This document shows positions 53,634 through 59,051 of a stretch of DNA of 59,051 bases, one piece after another. The stretch's first letter is position 1, and each line of letters starts with the position of its first letter. This DNA is from an uncultured Planctomycetaceae bacterium (GTDB taxonomy: Bacteria; Planctomycetota; Planctomycetia; Pirellulales; UBA1268): NCBI GenBank assembly GCA_903951635.1, contig CAJBCV010000125.1, forward strand, positions 1-59,051. The letters run 5' to 3'. Made by a program: the position numbers and the translations under genes. Below the pieces are notes generated by a model. The model was not told the origin of the DNA and made no database searches. It worked only from the letters and a program-made list of their open reading frames with translations.

Positions 53634-54741
53634 GGCGTTGATCCACGAAAACAAGCTCTGGCCAGCGTTTCACTGGGACGAGAAGGTCGTCCTTCAGGCC
53701 CTCGTGCCGACGCGTCACGCCCAGGGGCTGCTCCTCGGGCGGATGCGGGCACTCGGCTTTGATCTTCAGACCGAGACCGCCCTGCGGGTGCTGACAAGCG
53801 ACGTCGTGCAGTCGTCGGCGATCGAAGGGGAACGGCTCGACGCCGCCGACGTCCGCTCCTCGATCGCCCGCCGGCTCGGCCTCCCGCAGGGGGGCGTCCG
53901 CCGCACGAATCGCGATGTCGAGGGGATCGTCGAGGTGACGCTCGACGCCACGCGCCGTGCCGAGGAACCGCTCTCGGAGCAGCGACTGTGTGGATGGCAC
54001 GCGGCCCTGTTCCCGGTGGGCTACAGCGGCACCCGTCCGATCGCGGTCGGAACGTGGCGGCCGGTGGAGGCCGGTCCGATGCAGGTCGTGTCGGGGCCGT
54101 TCGGCCGGGAGCGGGTCCACTTCGAAGCCCCGGCGGCGCCGCGTGTGCCCGGCGAGATGGCGCGTTTCATCACCTGGTGCAATGCCGAGACCGACGAGGA
54201 CCCGGTCCTCCGGGCCGCGATCGCGCACTTCTGGTTCGTCACGATCCACCCCTTCGAGGATGGCAACGGCCGCCTGGCCCGTGCCCTTGCCGACCTCATG
54301 CTGGCCCGTGCCGACGGCTGCCCGGAACGCTTCTCGAGCATGTCGACCCAGATCGAAGCCGAGCGGAAGGACTACTACCGGATCCTCGAGCGCACGCAGC
54401 GTGGTGACCTCGACATCACCCCGTGGATGCTCTGGTTTCTCGGCTGTCTCAATCGCGCTCTCGTGAACGCCGGCACGCTCGTCGAATCGGTGCTCCACAA
54501 GGCGACGCTGTGGCAGGCGATCGGCACCGGCAGCCCGGTCAACGACCGGCAGCGTCTCGTCATCAACCGGCTGCTCGACGGCTTTCAAGGGGGAATGACG
54601 ACGTCGAAGTACGCTCGAATCGCCAAGTGTTCGTCCGACACAGCTCTCCGCGACATCCAGGATCTCGAGGCCCGAAGCATCCTCGTGAAGAACCCGGGCC
54701 GCGGCCGGAGCACGAGCTACGCCTTGGCCGATCCCCGCTGA
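53632..54741 (+). CDS. Fic-family protein (DUF4172-type N-terminus, class II intramolecular inhibitory motif, C-terminal winged-helix-like domain)
   Basis: The Fic motif HPFEDGNGRLARAL is at 54247 onward. The inhibitory-helix motif SSAIEG ([ST]xxxE[GN]) is at 53812-53829. The N-terminus is MALIHENKLWPAFHWD. The C-terminus is TTSKYARIAKCSSDTALRDIQDLEARSILV. Confidence 0.85.
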   Translation: MALIHENKLWPAFHWDEKVVLQALVPTRHAQGLLLGRMRALGFDLQTETALRVLTSDVVQSSAIEGERLDAADVRSSIARRLGLPQGGVRRTNRDVEGIVEVTLDATRRAEEPLSEQRLCGWHAALFPVGYSGTRPIAVGTWRPVEAGPMQVVSGPFGRERVHFEAPAAPRVPGEMARFITWCNAETDEDPVLRAAIAHFWFVTIHPFEDGNGRLARALADLMLARADGCPERFSSMSTQIEAERKDYYRILERTQRGDLDITPWMLWFLGCLNRALVNAGTLVESVLHKATLWQAIGTGSPVNDRQRLVINRLLDGFQGGMTTSKYARIAKCSSDTALRDIQDLEARSILVKNPGRGRSTSYALADPR

Positions 54742-54752
54742 CGCCCGTCGCC
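54733..54752. repeat. 20-bp direct repeat, left copy (ccccgctgacgcccgtcgcc)
   Basis: Identical 20-mer to 55617-55636. It contains the Fic TGA stop. After 8 extra nt comes ggtcag, which carries the stop of the 54763 gene. Confidence 0.8.
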
Positions 54753-54762
54753 TCGCGGCAGG

Positions 54763-55536
54763 TCAGGGAACGACTAGCACTCGCATCTCATCGACCTCCG
54801 GAAGCGCCCGGATTTCACTCCCATCTTCCTTGTAGATTTCCAACTCGGTCACCCTGCCGGACACCACGTGGAGCAGGAGATGGATACAGACGCCATCTTC
54901 GGCTTCCACCTCGGCCTCGACAGGCACGCGAGCCTTCACGCCGTTCGCGACCGCCGGTGACGTCGAGTGAATCTCCAGGCTTCCGTCTTTATCGATCGTG
55001 CGCACCGAGGCTGTCCGAATCTGTTCAGCGATTTCCTTGCTGCCCGGAAATGGCTGGCTCAGGAGCCTTGCAAAGATCTGCAGTTCTAGAGGCGTCGGTG
55101 GTCGAAGGTGATCGGGGCTCCACGTCACCAAGTCGCCGCCAGGAGCAGAAATGACCCGCGTGCCGTCACTGCTAACCATCTCCCACGCCTCAAATTGCGG
55201 GTGAGGATCGACGCTCACGACAAGTCTGTCCGTGAACACGATTTCCAGGCAGCCTTTCTCCATGGCCGTCGCCGACACGACGTGCTTATGCAACAAGGCC
55301 AAGAGCGGCCCGCACTCAACGCCATGTTCGGGGTCGTACGAAACGGAATCGATTCCGTTGTTCAACGTAAATGGAACATTGATCCGAACCGAGGTTCCAG
55401 GGCTGTCGTCGTGGAGTTCGATGCCGAAGGCATAGTCAAATCTCAACTGCGTTACCTGTCTCCCGGTCAGTGGCAGCGGTACGGCTTTGGTGTCTGGCAT
55501 TGACGGTGATTCCATCTCGTTGGCCGGCGCAGCCAC
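54763..55536 (-). CDS. hypothetical two-domain protein in a lower-GC insert (immunity-protein-like, DUF6188/DUF6984-like by recollection)
   Basis: 257-aa ORF at about 57% GC in a hand-counted sample. The protein composition looks real (LRFDYAFGIELHDD...EAWEMVSSDGTRVISAPGGDLVTW; ...VCIHLLLHVVSGRVTELEIYKEDGSEI). The family assignment is weak. Confidence 0.6.
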   Translation of the reverse strand: MAAPANEMESPSMPDTKAVPLPLTGRQVTQLRFDYAFGIELHDDSPGTSVRINVPFTLNNGIDSVSYDPEHGVECGPLLALLHKHVVSATAMEKGCLEIVFTDRLVVSVDPHPQFEAWEMVSSDGTRVISAPGGDLVTWSPDHLRPPTPLELQIFARLLSQPFPGSKEIAEQIRTASVRTIDKDGSLEIHSTSPAVANGVKARVPVEAEVEAEDGVCIHLLLHVVSGRVTELEIYKEDGSEIRALPEVDEMRVLVVP

Positions 55537-55616
55537 GTCATTCGAAAGGTGGAGAGCACTGCCCGCGCGGCGGCGGAGAACACCGGCCGGAGCAAGTCGA
55601 TGCCCGAGATGAATGC

Positions 55617-55636
55617 CCCCGCTGACGCCCGTCGCC
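55617..55636. repeat. 20-bp direct repeat, right copy
   Basis: Identical to 54733-54752. It is followed directly by ggtcag, which carries the stop of the DUF3088-like gene. Confidence 0.8.
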
Positions 55637-55638
55637 GG

Positions 55639-55983
55639 TCAGTGCCCCTGGGCGGTGCCGTAGTGATCGGCAAGGTATTTGATGATCGCGTCCGGCCCGG
55701 AGACGAACGCTCTGCCGTGGGCCACCGGCACACCGGCCGGCGTCTCTCCGGCGGGGAGGACGAGCACCGGGCACGACTGGTTTTCCTCGCCGACCATCGC
55801 GATGACCTCCGGCCGCGGCCGCGGGACGTCGACCTGGCGGATGTCCAACTTCGCCGCCACCTCGGGGTAATACCAAAGGATCCCGGTCACGGCGGTGCAC
55901 TCGGGGCAGTAGAAGCCGCCGGGGCCATGCTTGGGGTCGGGGAAGCCGGCGCGGAGGAGGAAGAGGATCGGCTTGTCGGCCAT
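55639..55983 (-). CDS. DUF3088-like small thioredoxin-fold protein
   Basis: MADKPILFLLRAGFPDPKHGPGGFYCPECTAVTGILWYYPEVAAKLDIRQVDVPRPRPEVIAMVGEENQSCPVLVL matches my memory of the DUF3088 pattern (FLL..GF.D...FCP.C..V.G.L..YP...L.V..V.F.RPR...LGE.NQS.PVLVL). Confidence 0.6.
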   Translation of the reverse strand: MADKPILFLLRAGFPDPKHGPGGFYCPECTAVTGILWYYPEVAAKLDIRQVDVPRPRPEVIAMVGEENQSCPVLVLPAGETPAGVPVAHGRAFVSGPDAIIKYLADHYGTAQGH

Positions 55984-56059
55984 GGGGAGCGGTTCCGGTG
56001 GGAGTGAAGGGAGCCTCGGATGGGGCGGCAGTAGTTTAGCCTGATGACGCGATCGGGAT

Positions 56060-56093
56060 CATGTCGGGGCATGCCGGGTCATGTTTGCTCATG
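56060..56093. repeat. four CATG palindromes phased at exactly 10 bp
   Basis: CATG at 56060, 56070, 56080 and 56090, straddling the rhodanese-like gene stop and 77-110 nt upstream of the DUF3088-like start. Confidence 0.7.
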
Positions 56094-57234
56094 GGGCATC
56101 GTCCCCCTCGAGCGGAATCTCTGTCGCCGCCACGTCGACCAGCGGGGCGAGCTCGAAGACGTTGCGGTAGCCGTAGGCCACGAGCGTGGCGAAGGCGTGG
56201 TGATTGAGCGCCGCCCGCGCCACCTTCTCCGGGAAGGCCGTCGGCGCCGCGGCGAAGTTGTTGTTGCAATAGATCAGCACGCGGGTGTCGGGAGACGGGA
56301 TCACCCGGGCCAGTTCTTCGGCGGTGATGTCGGGGAAGGGGAGGTTGACGGCGCCGCGGACATGGAGCCGGGCGAACGACTCCCGGCTGCGGCAGTCGAG
56401 GATCACGCTCTCCGGCGTGGCCAGGGCAAGGAAGGCCGCTTCGCCAACCCGTCGCTCGGCCCGGAGTCGGTCGGCCTCGGCGACGCTGTCGCGGAAGCCG
56501 GCGGTATCGACGAGCGGATTGGCGATCGCTGCCGGCGGCGTGGCACCGGGGTCCTGCGTGAACGGGTCGAGTGCAGCCGGGGGCATCGGCAGCGGAGGCA
56601 GCGGTGCGGCAGGCGCGCTTGAGGGCACCGGCGTCGGCGGACCGCTGGGGAGGTACGGCGCAGATCCCGGCGGCGCGAAGTGCGGGTGCGTCCAAGGGGT
56701 CACGGAAGGCCCTGGCTGAGGATGATGCGGTGGCCGGGGAATGACGCGCCACGCGAGCGCATTTCCTTCGCGGACGAGATAGCTCACTTCGCCGGTGGCG
56801 CTGTCGAAGAGGAGCGTGACGGGGCCGAGGCTTGTCGAATCCAGCACCGAGAGCTCCCGATCGAAGAGCGTGTAGCGGCCGGGCTGTTGCGGCCCCGGGC
56901 CGGGGGGCATCATCGGCTGGGGAAACGGCCCGACAGGCGTCGGTTGCCAGGCGGGGGGAACCGGGAGTCCCGCCGGCGGGGCCGTCAGCGGCAGCGGTGG
57001 CAGGGCCGACGGTCCGACCGGCGATGGCAATGTCGGCGGGGAAAGGGGGGGCAGGAGGTCGCGGTCGCGTGGACTCTGGTCGGCCGGCGGCGTCTGGGCT
57101 TGCCGATCGTTCGCTTCGGCCGGTGCAGCCCGGCGCGATTGAACAGGGGCCCGGTTGGCTTCCTGCGCCACCGCTCCGGCGATCGGCGCGAGGATCGCTG
57201 CCAGAACGAAAGTAGAAAGAATCGGATGTCGCAT
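56089..57234 (-). CDS. secreted proline-rich protein with a C-terminal rhodanese-like domain
   Basis: The signal is MRHPILSTFVLAAILAPIAGAVAQ, followed by ~230 aa of Pro-rich sequence. The C-terminus is VILDCRSRESFARLHVRGAVNLPF...RVLIYCNNNFAAAP, an atypical active-site loop. AGGAG lies 9 nt before the ATG. Confidence 0.7.
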   Translation of the reverse strand: MRHPILSTFVLAAILAPIAGAVAQEANRAPVQSRRAAPAEANDRQAQTPPADQSPRDRDLLPPLSPPTLPSPVGPSALPPLPLTAPPAGLPVPPAWQPTPVGPFPQPMMPPGPGPQQPGRYTLFDRELSVLDSTSLGPVTLLFDSATGEVSYLVREGNALAWRVIPRPPHHPQPGPSVTPWTHPHFAPPGSAPYLPSGPPTPVPSSAPAAPLPPLPMPPAALDPFTQDPGATPPAAIANPLVDTAGFRDSVAEADRLRAERRVGEAAFLALATPESVILDCRSRESFARLHVRGAVNLPFPDITAEELARVIPSPDTRVLIYCNNNFAAAPTAFPEKVARAALNHHAFATLVAYGYRNVFELAPLVDVAATEIPLEGDDAP

Positions 57235-57344
57235 CGTGTCGGGCTCCTGTGCATCGTTTCGCGACCGCGGCCGGTACCCTTGAGACTACCGTTTCTCGGG
57301 TGGGCCCATCCTCCGCGGCCGCGTCGTGCGGTCGTGCCGGCTCT

Positions 57345-57620
57345 TTATCCACAGCCTGCCAGGCTGCTGAGTCGCTCTGCAAACGCTTGCGTCCGCGATG
57401 GATCCCCGCGCAATCCCATGTGGTCAGTCTCGAGTTTCCAGAGATACGAAAACACTCTGTCTCTCGATTCTTTCCGCATCAAGAGCTCGCACAGTCCGGG
57501 CACGTACGAGTCATACTCATCGTGAGCCTCTGGGAAGTCTTGAATCCCGATCGGATCCCAATCCATCAGCAAGGCTTCACGAACGCGATTGAAGAGGCTT
57601 GGATTGCTGTCGTCCATCAT
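57345..57620 (-). CDS. small hypothetical protein (91 aa) in a low-GC islet
   Basis: ATG-ATG start and TAA stop. The sequence MMDDSNPSLFNRVREALLMDWDPIGIQDFPEAHDEYDSYVPGLCELLMRK... contains a WDPIG...DEYDSY pattern reminiscent of small immunity-type proteins. Confidence 0.55.
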   Translation of the reverse strand: MMDDSNPSLFNRVREALLMDWDPIGIQDFPEAHDEYDSYVPGLCELLMRKESRDRVFSYLWKLETDHMGLRGDPSRTQAFAERLSSLAGCG

Positions 57621-57792
57621 CGACTTTCCCCAGTGGGGCCTCGCTTCTTCGTTTCGCGGCCGCAGGCATCTCCGGTGTCAGCAACGACCGGGAAACTGAA
57701 TGGGCCCACCTGACCATGGACGCCATGCACCTCGCCTCTGGAAAATGCGATTTACAGGTATGGCGTTTATTTGGCTCGCTGCAAGAGGACTG

Positions 57793-58278
57793 TTATCGTC
57801 GCTTCTGGAGCACCACACGCCACAGTGCTTGAAGTTGGCCTTCAGTCAAATATTGAATCTCATCCGTGAGGGCGGTGTTGCAAAGAAAACCGAGGTCATG
57901 TTCTTTGGCCGCGTAGACGTTGCCAGCGTCAGAGGCAGGGTCAAGCACTTCGAGATGCCAACTGCAGTCTTCACCGCCTGCCCATGTGACGGCAGCTCCT
58001 GCGTCGAGCAGGATAGTGAACGCAGCCTCCATTGCCTCACGCCATATGGCCTCCTCTGGAAACCGCGGAAGTCGCACAGAAATGATCCGCACCGATCCGT
58101 GCTGTTCAATGTCGCGAACGTGACAGACGCCCCCCATCGACTGAAACATGTTCTGGATCTGTTCCGAACACTTCTCATTGGGGCCTTCGGGAAACCACCC
58201 GCAGAGGTAAATGCCGGCACAGAGTTCCTGTCCTTCGGCGTTGTTCCAGACGATTTCAAGAGTTGTTTGCGTTTTCAT
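57793..58278 (-). CDS. hypothetical protein (161 aa) in a low-GC islet
   Basis: ATG start with GGGGA upstream and ~50% GC in a hand-counted sample. The composition is protein-like, unlike the antisense ORF 57700..58410. I recognise no family. Confidence 0.5.
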   Translation of the reverse strand: MKTQTTLEIVWNNAEGQELCAGIYLCGWFPEGPNEKCSEQIQNMFQSMGGVCHVRDIEQHGSVRIISVRLPRFPEEAIWREAMEAAFTILLDAGAAVTWAGGEDCSWHLEVLDPASDAGNVYAAKEHDLGFLCNTALTDEIQYLTEGQLQALWRVVLQKRR

Positions 58279-58349
58279 TCAATCCCCAAATCGGAGATGG
58301 CCGCAGACGCGGACTGCTCGACACCAGCGCCGCCTGTGCCCGCGCGGGC

Positions 58350-59051
58350 TCAAAACAGTTCGCTGATCACCTCGCCCCGGTCGATCGCCGGAACCGGTCG
58401 GCCGGAGTGATCGAGGAAGTGGGTTGTCGGGTCGATGCCGAGGACGTGATAGATCGTGGCGTGGAGGTCGAAGGGGGTGATGGGGCGGTCCTTGACGCGC
58501 TCGCCGCGGGCATCGGTGCTCCCCACGATCCGTCCCCCCTTGATGCCGCCGCCGGCGACGAGGGCGAACATCGCGTTGCCCCAGTGGTCGCGGCCGGGCG
58601 TCCCCATCGAGCGCGGTGCGCCGCCGTTGCCGCCGTCGTTCATCCGCGGCGTGCGGCTGAACTCGCCGCAGAGGATGACCATCGTCGTCTCGAGGAGGCC
58701 GGTTCGGTCGAGGTCGGTGAGAAGCGCCGCCACGGCGGTGTCGATCTCTGGCATCCGGCTCGTCAGCCCCTTCTCGAGATCCCAGTGGTGGTCCCAGCCG
58801 CCGGAGTGGACCGTGACGAACGTGCTCCCCGCCTCCACGAGGCGCCGGGCCAGGAGCGTGCTCTGGCCGAAGTTCGTCCGGCCGTAGAGCTCGCGCGTGG
58901 CCTCTTCCTCGGAGGCGACGTCGAAGGCGCGGCGAGCGGCGTCGCTTGTCACAAGCGAATAGGCCTCGCGCTGGAAGGAATCCATTGAATCGAGGATGCC
59001 ACTGGCATCGACGTCGCGACGGAGCCGATCGAGCCCGGAGCGGAGATCGTG
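58350..59051 (-). CDS. DUF1501 (sulfatase-like) domain protein, C-terminal part; the gene continues beyond the right edge
   Basis: The frame stays open to the window end (HDLRSGLDRLRRDVDASGILDSMDSFQREA...). It contains FGQSTLLARRLVEAGSTFVTVHSGGWDHH, ILCGEFSRTP, GRDHWG and DLHATIYHVLGID. Confidence 0.8.
   Translation of the reverse strand, partial: HDLRSGLDRLRRDVDASGILDSMDSFQREAYSLVTSDAARRAFDVASEEEATRELYGRTNFGQSTLLARRLVEAGSTFVTVHSGGWDHHWDLEKGLTSRMPEIDTAVAALLTDLDRTGLLETTMVILCGEFSRTPRMNDGGNGGAPRSMGTPGRDHWGNAMFALVAGGGIKGGRIVGSTDARGERVKDRPITPFDLHATIYHVLGIDPTTHFLDHSGRPVPAIDRGEVISELF

Noticed and set aside
54742-58349. Integron-like cassette array (CALIN) interpretation of the co-oriented small genes
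   Set aside because: I looked after each stop for attC features, namely an R''-type RYYYAAC and an R'-type GTTRRRY core flanking an imperfect palindrome. I found none, and no integrase is present. Only the 20-bp direct repeats around one gene are solid.

Overview
This is a 59-kb high-GC bacterial chromosomal segment, about 70-72% GC in hand-counted 100-nt samples. The gene content suggests Planctomycetota, which is inference only because no search was run: BBP7-like beta-barrels, DUF1501, a CRTAC1/ASPIC-UnbV lipoprotein with a TPR partner, a giant protein with an Arg-rich LE-x-R-x-L-L-A-F type N-terminus, and ECF sigma, HEAT and TPR proteins. I call about 36 protein genes and one tRNA-Ala(CGC). 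I saw no rRNA, CRISPR array, transposase or integrase. Two loci dominate the window. (i) A 14.5-kb ORF encodes a ~4845-aa multidomain surface protein with two different zinc-metalloprotease modules and 11 C-terminal FN3 repeats. It is bracketed by two paralogous predicted outer-membrane beta-barrels and sits next to a second gene with the same unusual N-terminal motif. This is my best candidate for an undescribed export or anchoring system. (ii) A 6.1-kb single ORF is a head-to-tail fusion of two complete UvrA modules, giving four ABC ATPase domains with all motifs intact. Housekeeping genes fill the middle: pyrE, nadA, an nfeD-nfeD-floA operon, a rhomboid protease and oxidoreductases. The right-hand ~4.5 kb looks accessory. 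It holds a class II Fic gene with a palindromic operator-like site over a perfect TATAAT, a lower-GC single-gene insertion bounded by 20-bp direct repeats, four CATG sites phased at exactly 10 bp, and a ~50% GC islet with two orphan small genes. I treat the long antisense ORFs in the track as high-GC artefacts. All family names come from motif recognition by eye and need HMM or BLAST confirmation. Many start codons are uncertain.
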